From IMG/VR virus record IMGVR_UViG_2061766007_000342, positions 128,001 to 192,000 of that record: a stretch of 64,000 nt of DNA, one strand, 5' to 3'. This DNA is from a virus (lineage: Duplodnaviria > Caudoviricetes). The notes beneath the pieces were generated by a model. That model was not told the origin of the DNA. It made no database searches and saw nothing but the letters and a program-made list of their open reading frames with translations. A program made the position numbers and the translations under genes. Shown here one piece after another: positions 42,065 to 51,900 of this stretch; within the stretch, counting starts at the first letter, position 1; the number at the start of each line of letters is the position of its first letter.

Positions 42065-44944
42065 TTAATTCAATGATCCCGGTGGTTTACCATGATCACC
42101 ATAATATGTTGGAATAACATTTGTTACATCAGTAGACCATTGCTTTCCTGTCACATGACGAATGTTATTAATTGCCGATATTGTTCTTGTTGAACCAACA
42201 TATTCATGTGTCATCATATATTCAATCGGGATAGAATGTGTTACCACCGTGTATGGATCGCCTTTGGTATAAAATCCACCACATTCGTCAATGATATAAT
42301 GATCACCATAACAATAGATTCCATCACGTCCGGACTGATGAACGTTTGATACAAATCCAGCGGATATATTATTTGCATTATAAGCAATATCAATACCGGA
42401 AGATTCATCAATCGGTTTGTATAAGAATTTACCGAGATCAACAATCGCACGTGCCGATCCAGTATAATTGCCCCATGAAACTGTATATCCGCATACCATT
42501 GCAATTGTATTATCACGAATCTTTTTTAACTTTGCATACATTGGTGCAGAACGTGTAACATCGGTTCTGTCTGCACCCAATATGATCGGGATAACTGTCT
42601 CTGGAATATCACCACGAATACAATTGACATCATCAATAAATGGATCGTCAAAACGATAAATGATGATACATTCATCAATTGCATCACATCGAATATATTG
42701 TGCGTTCGAATATGTGAACGAAAACGTGTTTGTACATGCAACACCTTCACCCGTCGTATTCGTTAAATCATAATATCGCATGTAATGTGGTGAATGAACC
42801 CATAAATGATCATTGTATCCAAACATGAGCGTTGGTTCTGAACTTCCGGATGGAAGTGATAACTGATGTGTTGCCGTCCAAGTATTGTTCGTAATGTTGT
42901 ATTCTGCAACTGTGATCGTTCCATTATAACAATATGCAATACGATTCTTTGTGGAATCAATGATACAACATCCCATGGATGCTTGGAAGTGATGACGTCG
43001 TGTGATATGTCCGATTAATCCCGCATCGACGTTGTCGTTCTCCCATTCAATATATGTTGCGACAAACCATTGGTCTGTTGAACTAAGATGTTGAAAACCA
43101 ACAACACCGGATGTGGTTTCTGATGGATATGTTTCCGACCAAATATCATTACTCGATCCATATCCATTTGACGCATCAACCAAGCTGTATGGTGTCGTTG
43201 TACGTGAAGATGGATCTGCTAAATTGGTGAAGTAATACTTATCGGCACCACCACTTGACAACGTCAATACCATATTCTTGAAACAGAATGACTTTGAAGC
43301 CGCTGATCCGGAATTGACACCCGACATTTGATAGGATGCTTGTGAAGCTGGAAAACACACATAGTTTGCTTTCACATAATAACCATATGGTTCATTTTCT
43401 TCATACACCTTTTGTCCGGATCTCATGGTAATACCGGTTGTCCAGGTTGTTCGTTCTGTTGCGGATGTTAAAGCGAATGGTTGTCCACCACGTGTTGGAT
43501 TCAACGTAATTTTCATATTGGTAATATAGAATTTTCTGGATTGTTCTTCAACTGGTATATCCATCGGATTTGTTAACAAATGCCATGAATTAACATTCCA
43601 ATATTCATCGGTCGCATAAATCGAAACATTACCATTGGTGAATTTTGTAATTGGAACACTCGGCTGTGGGTTAATATACAAATAATATTGTGTAATCATT
43701 CCTGTTGAAGTTGTTGTCGCAAAAATATCTGTTGCATTATCAATATAGAAAGATGTTTCGTTATAATGATAATCTGGATTATCATTATTAAATGGAGCTG
43801 GATTGGAATATGTTCTGTTTCTGAAGTTGTATAAATTACATGTTGTCGGATTAAATAATGTGAACTGTGTATCCAATGCATATTCACTGTTCAAACCAAA
43901 TATTTCGGTCAACGATGACTTGTTGATATCATACATACCCGTATCTGCAGTCCAACCAGATGGTTTTAGTGGAGAAGAACCATATGCAGGTTTCTTTAAT
44001 AACGTAAATGGATCGGCATTTTCTTGAGATAATGGTTGATGCTCCCAACATATGTAACCGGGACTTCGTTGTACAAAACCATCAACATATCCGTCTGATG
44101 CACCAGTTTGTTTCAATAAATTAAATCCATTCATTGTATGATAAATGACAGAATGATTTTGTGTAGTAAGAGCGTCGGTTGTTCTGGATTCACAACCACG
44201 ATTTGTCATGGAATTATATCGTTTATATGTGTACAAATTGGTGTCGTCCCAACCCATATGTTGACGTATAAAACGATGCATTGTTGTTAATGCACAATAA
44301 CGTCCTTGCGACCAACCTGATTGGATTAATGATGGATTATACGTCATCACAAAGTATACATCAATATCCAAACGCGTATTTGGATTACGGGTTAATGTTG
44401 TACGGTCTCCTTGAAGATCATACAGCCATGAACGTGTCCACAACGCAGATGCAGACTCACCAATACCAAACTGTGTAATGGTGAATGTTGCCGGTGATCC
44501 ACCACTGGTTTGATCGGGATAGTAACACGCCATAAATTTACACATTAATGATACCAAATAAACTGGTTCATCATCATATGTTCCTGCATAATACCACATC
44601 GGATAATTGAAATATGCGTCATTTGTTAAACAGGTTGATGAAACAGTTGCTGCACCTGCAGGTGATGGAAATTGAAATGCATGATTGCTTTTAAATGAAA
44701 CGCTTTCATCAGCATCAGAAGCAACATAGAAGTTTGTTGGAAATGGAATGCTGGTGGATTGTATGTTGAAGAATTTATCAAATCCATAATCTGTCATTTG
44801 ATTCATACCATATACTTCTTCACCGGTTGATATTCCATTAACAGATTCATGAAATACATATAAATTTGAAAAACCACCGTTTGGTCGGTGGTTTTTCGCA
44901 AATGTCATTAAACGTTGAAAACGTTCGTTCTCATTTGATGTCAA
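42065..44944 (-). CDS. Tail fibre/baseplate receptor-binding protein
   Basis: 959 aa, TTG start with AGGAG RBS; paralogous to 38220..41441. Confidence 0.65.
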   Translation of the reverse strand: MTSNENERFQRLMTFAKNHRPNGGFSNLYVFHESVNGISTGEEVYGMNQMTDYGFDKFFNIQSTSIPFPTNFYVASDADESVSFKSNHAFQFPSPAGAATVSSTCLTNDAYFNYPMWYYAGTYDDEPVYLVSLMCKFMACYYPDQTSGGSPATFTITQFGIGESASALWTRSWLYDLQGDRTTLTRNPNTRLDIDVYFVMTYNPSLIQSGWSQGRYCALTTMHRFIRQHMGWDDTNLYTYKRYNSMTNRGCESRTTDALTTQNHSVIYHTMNGFNLLKQTGASDGYVDGFVQRSPGYICWEHQPLSQENADPFTLLKKPAYGSSPLKPSGWTADTGMYDINKSSLTEIFGLNSEYALDTQFTLFNPTTCNLYNFRNRTYSNPAPFNNDNPDYHYNETSFYIDNATDIFATTTSTGMITQYYLYINPQPSVPITKFTNGNVSIYATDEYWNVNSWHLLTNPMDIPVEEQSRKFYITNMKITLNPTRGGQPFALTSATERTTWTTGITMRSGQKVYEENEPYGYYVKANYVCFPASQASYQMSGVNSGSAASKSFCFKNMVLTLSSGGADKYYFTNLADPSSRTTTPYSLVDASNGYGSSNDIWSETYPSETTSGVVGFQHLSSTDQWFVATYIEWENDNVDAGLIGHITRRHHFQASMGCCIIDSTKNRIAYCYNGTITVAEYNITNNTWTATHQLSLPSGSSEPTLMFGYNDHLWVHSPHYMRYYDLTNTTGEGVACTNTFSFTYSNAQYIRCDAIDECIIIYRFDDPFIDDVNCIRGDIPETVIPIILGADRTDVTRSAPMYAKLKKIRDNTIAMVCGYTVSWGNYTGSARAIVDLGKFLYKPIDESSGIDIAYNANNISAGFVSNVHQSGRDGIYCYGDHYIIDECGGFYTKGDPYTVVTHSIPIEYMMTHEYVGSTRTISAINNIRHVTGKQWSTDVTNVIPTYYGDHGKPPGSLN

Positions 44945-44946
44945 TC

Positions 44947-47900
44947 TTATTCATCTCCTTTATATAACTTAAAACCATATGCGAATTGATAATTCTCTTT
45001 GGATACGTCAATATGTGTGACATGATTTTCATCATATTCTTCAACTTCATATAGTTGATAGCCATCCGAAATGAGTGCACATGTATCTGTCATTTCCACA
45101 TACGCATCATCATATTCAAAGCTTGATTCAGATTCCGTGTTATATGAGATTTGATATTGTGCATACTTATAACCAATATTGTATTTATCATTTCCCATGT
45201 AATTCAAATATAATGCAGAAACTCCACCGGGATAAAAATAATATGAACGATATGCACACGGCGAACACATTTTTGCACGTGAAGCCTCATGTGCATTTGT
45301 ATTCCACGCCAAATACATCATAGAATACATCTCTCGTTTTAAATTAAACACATACAACCATTGGGAGTTGTAACGTGGAACAATGACTGCACCATTGCAA
45401 TAGGTTGGACGAATGACTTTGTTGTTATTACCCCATTCCACATAATACGAATTCGCAATCGTATATGGTGTTTTGTCTTCAATTACAACCAGATGCGTTG
45501 GGGTAATTACATAGAACTTTCCATCACCATAACAACATCCAAATTCTTCGCCATAATCATTCTGATTGATCGTTGTCCAAGTTTTTGATTGTTTGTTATA
45601 AATGTTAATATGACAATAATTGGAATCTTTATCAACGAGCAATATGGATTTATCCGATACGGCGATATCCCACCAGTTGACACCTGGAGAATTGTCCGAC
45701 AACACGGTATATTGATTTGATTTGATATTAAATAAATACATATCATGTTTTGCGGAATTGTCACCGGTTACGATGGATGTATATGTATCATCGTACCATT
45801 CAATTCGACCATTGATGTATGCATGTCCGTTGTCGGGAACAATACGCCCAGATACTTGACCTGATACACGATTCACAATAAAAATTCGGTCATTTATATG
45901 CGATGATGTGAAGTAAAATTTATTTTCATCCATTAAGAATCCGGATACAGCATAGCCAGTATTTGAACCAGCCAATGTGCTCCATGTTACTTGCCATTCA
46001 AGATGTACCTGATCTGTCAATGCCGATGGATCAAATGATTTGATTTGTAAATACCATGTGCCATTGATATAACATGAAGATGCTGTATAGAACTTACGAC
46101 GGAATTCAATCGAACATGCTGTTGTAATCGATGAAGTTCCGTTATCATACAAATCCAAAACATATTCCGATCGAAATCCATAAGAACCATTAATGCGTAA
46201 TGGTAACAAATATTGTGCGGTTTTAATATGTCCAGTTTCATCACGATATTCATCCATTTCACCACGCGGTTTTACTAACGTGCCATAACACGGATTGTTT
46301 GGTAAACAATCGGTTGATGGAGTAACATCAGACTTTGAAAAATATCGATATGATGCTTGTTGGCCGGGTGAACCGGTAAGTTCCACATGATACAGCTTGA
46401 ATATCTGATCACCGGGTTGATGTTTATAAACATCAAATATGACACGATTCTTCTGTGTGGTTTGATCTTTGATAACATGTACTTTTGGTGAAAAAACCGT
46501 GTCATCATATGGATCCGAATCAATGTAGATGTTGTTAATGGTTGATGAATTGTTCGTGTCGGTTGAAATTCTGACATGATGAGGTGTTGTCAATAAACCG
46601 ATAGATGTGGTTTCTTCGTTCTCATCACACATGTACAATTGATATTCATCCATTAAGTTTGTATCACCCATGAACATTGAATCGGGATATGCATCAAACA
46701 TATCTTTGGTTAATTGTGATGGTTGTGGTCGGATCAATCTCCATCGTGATATAGACTGATCATAATACTTATAACCATCATTATCATGTGCAATGATCGG
46801 TGTTAATAATTCAATGACTGTTATTTTTGCAAACGGTTGTTGATCTTCTCTGGTATTACCTCCTTGAACAAGTGATGTTTCTGATAAACGATATTTATCA
46901 TCAACCAAATATCCATCAGGTTTATATGAGTCTTCTGTTAATACATATCCAGAACCACCTGTTCCCGGATAATCATATACTGCTCCTGATCCACCATACC
47001 AACCACCACCTCCAGTTCCAGGGTAATAATTACCATTGACTGTAGAAGAGCCTCCTTGACCAAAACTACCAGCTACACTTGGTTGTATGTCACTTGGTGA
47101 TTCAGTTTGTGTGCCAGGTCCATTATTATAATATCTAACACTCGGTGAACCATCCCCACCAACTGCACCACCACCATTACCACCATAACCTTGCTGGTTA
47201 GTCGATCGATATCCGTTTGAACCAGCACCACCCGCAACAATAAATCGGTGATACATTGTATCACCATCTATTCTCATATCAGTTGCACCACCACCGTGAG
47301 ATATTCTATAAAACGGCGATGTTGGTGAACCACCACCATTGTATCCACCATATGGATACATTTTTAATGCATAATCCGAGGTATTTGTAATAAATTTGCC
47401 GTATCCTGCAGATTGCATTCCTCGACCACCAACATTTACAACAATTTCTTTATTCTCATATGATCTTAATTCACCACATGCATAACCACCCTTTGGTGTA
47501 TACTCATCATTATTATGACACCATGTGAACACATTACCACCATAACATTCCAGTTTATATGTGCCTGCTGGTAATGTTATATGTTCCATATTTGCAGTTG
47601 AATAAAATTCTATAGTATCACCAGCATTACATTTTGAAACAAGTTTTGCAATAATAACTTCACCTGAATCAGATTGACCAGAACCCATATACACGTTTGT
47701 CATGTAATATTTTGAATCCGGATCATACCCGTCTGGTTTGTATGATGTTGATGTTAATACATATCCAGACCCACCCGAACCAGATGATGAGTGCGCATTA
47801 TTATCCGTCGCATTTGTTAATTGTGTAAAACCACCATACCAACCACCACCAGCTCCACCACTACCTGGCCCATATGATACATTATTACTTGATGATATTC

Positions 47901-49248
47901 TCGTTGAAGGTCTTGCATAACCAAACATGTACCCGGATGATTGATTTGTACATTGAAAATTATTCTGCTCATATCTATTGCCGGAACCAGTAATACCGGA
48001 ACCAGCAATACCACCACCTATAATGCCTCCACCAACCTGGGAAGGCCATTCTGTGAAATTTCCAGATGGCAATCCTCCAGCACCACCAGCAACCATAATT
48101 CGTGAATTGATAGATGGATGGTTTCGTTTTTTGGGACCAGCTTCAAAGCCGTTATCATTATACCAAATTACGTTCTTCGAAATGGTTTCAAATAAACCAA
48201 TTTTATTATCAGATACACGTTGAACCGGAACATAGTCTCGAACTAAAATGTCTGTGTTATCATCATCAACTTCATATATTTTAAATGAAAATAATTGAGC
48301 ATCCTGACCATAATTCGAATCAGCATTTGCTGCATAACAAGTTGCAAATATCCTCAGTGGGATACCAGTCACACTCGTTTCTTTTACATAATCAGATATG
48401 GTCATAGATCCAATTGATGTATTATTCATAAACCATTCTGCTTTATTTTGAAAACATACTAATTTAATATGTTCATCGAATGGGAAATCTGATGTTTGAA
48501 CAGATTTTTTCCCGCTTCTATAACATAATTTTCCAGCTGAACTCGCCCATTTTGTGTAAAATTCAAACAATGCATCACCATTATTACCGTTACGCGATCC
48601 AAATAATGCAGAGTAATTATCAAATACAATATCTTTTGAAAATATAACCCCATCAAATACAATTTTGGTTCGATATGATGGGATATAATCCGTGACAAAA
48701 TGTGAATAATTATAATTTGCCGAATTTATTGAATATGACCCAACATTGCGTATATATTCCAATACATAGTAATTATTATCGTTTGCATCCATTACGGTAA
48801 TAACTGATTCAGACGGTTCATGAAATGTTCCATCAGCATCATACGTTGGATATTCAGATGGATCATATTGCAGTAATCGAATATCTGATGCACCGCCTCC
48901 ACCCAATCCACATCGATAATTACTGGAATATGATTTACTACCAGGAGACCCGCCATTAAATCCAGCGGGACCCGGGATTGTTGTGAGTGTTGCAGCATCA
49001 TTGATTATAGAATTTCCACCAACCACGGCATGAAATGTTGTGGTATCTGTTACATCAATGACAGCCATTGATAATCCACCCATTAAGAATAGATTCGTAT
49101 CAACCTTTCGACCATCTGATGCTCCACCTTTGCAAATGAATAAATATTTACCTGGTTGCAATGTGAACGGTTGGTCGGAATTTGTACATTTGAAATCATG
49201 GATTACTTTCCATAATTCATTTTTATAACTTATGAGTTGATTTCCCAT
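44947..49248 (-). CDS. Large tail/receptor-binding protein with two glycine-rich domains and a lectin-like insert
   Basis: GGGGASDIR and GGGATDMR, GGGWYGG twice, GSGYVLT..SYKPDGY twice; insert ending RDYVPVQR...GLFETIS. Confidence 0.75.
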   Translation of the reverse strand: MGNQLISYKNELWKVIHDFKCTNSDQPFTLQPGKYLFICKGGASDGRKVDTNLFLMGGLSMAVIDVTDTTTFHAVVGGNSIINDAATLTTIPGPAGFNGGSPGSKSYSSNYRCGLGGGGASDIRLLQYDPSEYPTYDADGTFHEPSESVITVMDANDNNYYVLEYIRNVGSYSINSANYNYSHFVTDYIPSYRTKIVFDGVIFSKDIVFDNYSALFGSRNGNNGDALFEFYTKWASSAGKLCYRSGKKSVQTSDFPFDEHIKLVCFQNKAEWFMNNTSIGSMTISDYVKETSVTGIPLRIFATCYAANADSNYGQDAQLFSFKIYEVDDDNTDILVRDYVPVQRVSDNKIGLFETISKNVIWYNDNGFEAGPKKRNHPSINSRIMVAGGAGGLPSGNFTEWPSQVGGGIIGGGIAGSGITGSGNRYEQNNFQCTNQSSGYMFGYARPSTRISSSNNVSYGPGSGGAGGGWYGGFTQLTNATDNNAHSSSGSGGSGYVLTSTSYKPDGYDPDSKYYMTNVYMGSGQSDSGEVIIAKLVSKCNAGDTIEFYSTANMEHITLPAGTYKLECYGGNVFTWCHNNDEYTPKGGYACGELRSYENKEIVVNVGGRGMQSAGYGKFITNTSDYALKMYPYGGYNGGGSPTSPFYRISHGGGATDMRIDGDTMYHRFIVAGGAGSNGYRSTNQQGYGGNGGGAVGGDGSPSVRYYNNGPGTQTESPSDIQPSVAGSFGQGGSSTVNGNYYPGTGGGGWYGGSGAVYDYPGTGGSGYVLTEDSYKPDGYLVDDKYRLSETSLVQGGNTREDQQPFAKITVIELLTPIIAHDNDGYKYYDQSISRWRLIRPQPSQLTKDMFDAYPDSMFMGDTNLMDEYQLYMCDENEETTSIGLLTTPHHVRISTDTNNSSTINNIYIDSDPYDDTVFSPKVHVIKDQTTQKNRVIFDVYKHQPGDQIFKLYHVELTGSPGQQASYRYFSKSDVTPSTDCLPNNPCYGTLVKPRGEMDEYRDETGHIKTAQYLLPLRINGSYGFRSEYVLDLYDNGTSSITTACSIEFRRKFYTASSCYINGTWYLQIKSFDPSALTDQVHLEWQVTWSTLAGSNTGYAVSGFLMDENKFYFTSSHINDRIFIVNRVSGQVSGRIVPDNGHAYINGRIEWYDDTYTSIVTGDNSAKHDMYLFNIKSNQYTVLSDNSPGVNWWDIAVSDKSILLVDKDSNYCHINIYNKQSKTWTTINQNDYGEEFGCCYGDGKFYVITPTHLVVIEDKTPYTIANSYYVEWGNNNKVIRPTYCNGAVIVPRYNSQWLYVFNLKREMYSMMYLAWNTNAHEASRAKMCSPCAYRSYYFYPGGVSALYLNYMGNDKYNIGYKYAQYQISYNTESESSFEYDDAYVEMTDTCALISDGYQLYEVEEYDENHVTHIDVSKENYQFAYGFKLYKGDE

Positions 49249-49328
49249 TGAGATTCTCCTTTCAATAATTAGGAATGTTACACAACCGTCCCCGTGATGG
49301 GGACGGTTTGATGTAAATGTGTAAAAAA

Positions 49329-49733
49329 TTATTCTTTTGGTTGATATGGTGTATCGGAAGCACTGTAAATTGCAACCAATGTATCATCTGGAATGACATT
49401 AAGCTGCGCTTGTGTGGGTTCACCATTGAATGCAATGATCTGAGATTCAAAACCAACGAGCTTTAAATTACCATTTCCACAATCTGTTTCAACCGTAACG
49501 GAACGATATTCACGAATGACACGATAAACGGTTTCTGTATTGGTATCTACCAATAATGTATTTCGTTCATACACCGTATCTGATTCATAATCTTTGATGG
49601 AAGCATTACCTGTGCCTCCACCACCTTGACCAATTTCCAACTGTTCAAGCTTGGTTGCTAATTCGTTAATCAATGCTTGCTGACGTGATATCACATCATA
49701 CAATGATTGAAAGATGGAATCTTCCATTGCCAT
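49329..49733 (-). CDS. Putative virion protein
   Basis: 134 aa, poly-Gly hinge, in the late operon. Confidence 0.65.
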   Translation of the reverse strand: MAMEDSIFQSLYDVISRQQALINELATKLEQLEIGQGGGGTGNASIKDYESDTVYERNTLLVDTNTETVYRVIREYRSVTVETDCGNGNLKLVGFESQIIAFNGEPTQAQLNVIPDDTLVAIYSASDTPYQPKE

Positions 49734-49735
49734 TT

Positions 49736-49951
49736 TTATTCACCCCCATTGTTGTCCGCTTGTTGTTCCAACCAATAATCCGCACGTGCGTTGATTCGTT
49801 GTAAATCAGCATTGATATTACCGAGTAACGAAATGGTTGGTTGCAACTCTTGCGATAGTTTGTTCAATACAAATGCCCAAGTAATGACATTCGCAACATC
49901 TCCATCTGGTAATTCAAATGATAATGGTTTTGTATCATCAAATTGTGCCAT
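49736..49951 (-). CDS. Small putative virion protein
   Basis: 71 aa from ATG 49951, AAGGAG RBS. Confidence 0.65.
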   Translation of the reverse strand: MAQFDDTKPLSFELPDGDVANVITWAFVLNKLSQELQPTISLLGNINADLQRINARADYWLEQQADNNGGE

Positions 49952-49992
49952 ATAAAAAACAGCTCCTTTCGTTATTATTATAGATGAACCAT

Positions 49993-50007
49993 TGTTAAGA
50001 AAGCGTT
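49993..50007 (-). promoter_or_regulatory. Late-type promoter motif
   Basis: AACG-CTTTCT-TAACA. Confidence 0.55.
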
Positions 50008-50017
50008 CAATATAAAA

Positions 50018-50047
50018 AAACAACCCCGCGATTAAGCGGGGTTGTTT
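50018..50047 (-). terminator. Intrinsic terminator
   Basis: 12-bp stem followed by a U-tract on the minus strand. Confidence 0.8.
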
Positions 50048-50057
50048 GGTGGATTAC

Positions 50058-50264
50058 TTAGTCATTACCTCCTTTCATCCGAGAATAGGTAAGCTCGGAA
50101 TACTGTACTGACCACATAGTAGCCAGAAGCATTACACCCGTGGCGATGACCAAACCCGGAGCCGGGATGTACTCCGGATCACCAAGCTTGAACATCACCC
50201 ACCCGAAGGTGGGGATGTCCAGCGTGAGCACCAGCCGCGCTAGTGCTCTTCTCAGCTTAGCCAT
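50058..50264 (-). CDS. Small membrane protein
   Basis: 68 aa from ATG 50264, AAGGAGGTG RBS, two hydrophobic segments. Confidence 0.7.
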   Translation of the reverse strand: MAKLRRALARLVLTLDIPTFGWVMFKLGDPEYIPAPGLVIATGVMLLATMWSVQYSELTYSRMKGGND

Positions 50265-50541
50265 TGTCACCCACCTCCTTTGCGAGCTCTGCGAGCAGAG
50301 TCTTGGCGGCAGCCTTGGACAGCTTGTAATAGCCGCCCGGGCACCACTCATCATTGTAGTGGACCCTAGAGATGAGGTTGCAGCCATTACAGAGGAGACC
50401 GGTGTACGGGTAGTAAGACCCGTCACCGTCAACACGATATTCGTGATACAGCCTCATACGGGTGTTGCACCTCGGGCAATGGAGCATGGTCTTACGGCCG
50501 ATCTCGTGTTTGTTTGCGATATCAATGAGATTATAAATCAT
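50257..50541 (-). CDS. Zn-ribbon protein
   Basis: 94 aa from ATG 50541, AAGGGAG RBS, CPRC...CNGC. Confidence 0.7.
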   Translation of the reverse strand: MIYNLIDIANKHEIGRKTMLHCPRCNTRMRLYHEYRVDGDGSYYPYTGLLCNGCNLISRVHYNDEWCPGGYYKLSKAAAKTLLAELAKEVGDNG

Positions 50542-50621
50542 GGTGATCTCCCTTTCTGTGGCCCGTTGTGGGTGGTACCACGTTACCCATAAAATATAAG
50601 TTGGGATAATACCCATTGGTA

Positions 50622-50818
50622 GTATACAGAGAATCCAATATTATAAACACCTTCTATTATTGATGATTAAATCATTGGTCGATTGCGATTGCTTTCAAAA
50701 CCATGGTTGTGCATGGTTTTGCAATCTCAGCCAACATCGTCAAGATGCTTGGCATTTGATTGGTAATCTTCATCGATATCACCTCACTCCCGTGAAGAGA
50801 ATGTGATTCTCTGTATAC
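50622..50818 (-). ncRNA. Structured leader or small RNA enclosing a 33-aa ORF (50672..50773)
   Basis: Perfect 14-bp terminal stem, two internal hairpins, begins immediately after an early-type promoter. Confidence 0.55.
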
Positions 50819-50833
50819 CATATTAATTATATA
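50819..50833 (-). promoter_or_regulatory. Early-type promoter motif
   Basis: TATATAATTAATATG. Confidence 0.65.
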
Positions 50834-50869
50834 TATTTCAAATTTCAAAATAAATACATATATTTAATG

Positions 50870-51115
50870 TGATTTCAAATGCATGATGATGCAACATATC
50901 ACATGTCAGTGATCATTCAATTTCATCGTTGTCAGTTTCAAGACATTAGGTATTTGGAAAGTGTGAATGTTTATTGATGAATATGTATGCAATTGAAATC
51001 GGATTATTGGTGCCACATTACAAAAAATAATGTGGCACACGGAGCCCATAACGAAGGGTATTATTTAACCTTCTTCATATATAGATGGTACACCGGGGCA
51101 TATGCCCCGGTGATA
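50870..51115 (+). ncRNA. Candidate small RNA
   Basis: Early-like motif at 50857..50871, perfect 11-bp hairpin at 51010..51038, terminal hairpin at 51091..51112, no credible long ORF. Confidence 0.4.
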
Positions 51116-51130
51116 CCCATTCCATTGTTG

Positions 51131-51880
51131 TTATGTCACAAACCACGTTTTCAAGACACCACCGACATTGATGGGTCGTTTCAAGTAATCTTCACAATAT
51201 GATTCACCGGTTGTGATATCAGTGTAAATGATACCATGATCCGAGAACACATGAGAACCATACTCATCTTGGAACTGTTGAATGGTACATTGTTTACCAT
51301 CCTCCGACGGTTCAAAGGTACATGCATCACAACGACCATATCCCGGAATGCCGTTCATGTTGTGGCAATGCTGACACGTCCGGCATACATTTGTTTCCGT
51401 TTCACGGCCATCCAATATGTCCGTAATAACCCCCAGTATCATTGCGTCCAATTCATTATCAAACGCATTATACATTGCTTGGAAACATTCACGGATGTTA
51501 TCAGTGTTATATTCACCCGCATCGATGATGGTCAACATACGAGTGAACAATTCTTTCAAAAAGTATTTGGATTGTTCCGGATTCAATTCATGAACCCGTT
51601 TTGCAATTGACGGGTCATTGATCAATGATACATACCGTTTGATCATCAACCAAGAATACTTGCCGGCTTTGTTCAACTTCTGGTCCATGTATACCAGTTG
51701 TTTGTGGGACATATGAATCGTTGTCGGTGACGTAATCACGATCGAGTCATCGTTCCGATCAACAATGATTGATGCATGTGCCATCGGACTTCCCGACATG
51801 CGAATATTCACATTACCAAGCTTTTCGAAATCATTCAATGCTTTGATGAATGATTGTCCCAATAATTCATGCTTTGACAT
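51131..51880 (-). CDS. Hypothetical protein with Cys-rich C-terminus
   Basis: 249 aa, GGGAG RBS, CRTCQHC...CDAC. Confidence 0.7.
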   Translation of the reverse strand: MSKHELLGQSFIKALNDFEKLGNVNIRMSGSPMAHASIIVDRNDDSIVITSPTTIHMSHKQLVYMDQKLNKAGKYSWLMIKRYVSLINDPSIAKRVHELNPEQSKYFLKELFTRMLTIIDAGEYNTDNIRECFQAMYNAFDNELDAMILGVITDILDGRETETNVCRTCQHCHNMNGIPGYGRCDACTFEPSEDGKQCTIQQFQDEYGSHVFSDHGIIYTDITTGESYCEDYLKRPINVGGVLKTWFVT

Positions 51881-51900
51881 AATTTAACACACTCCCAATA

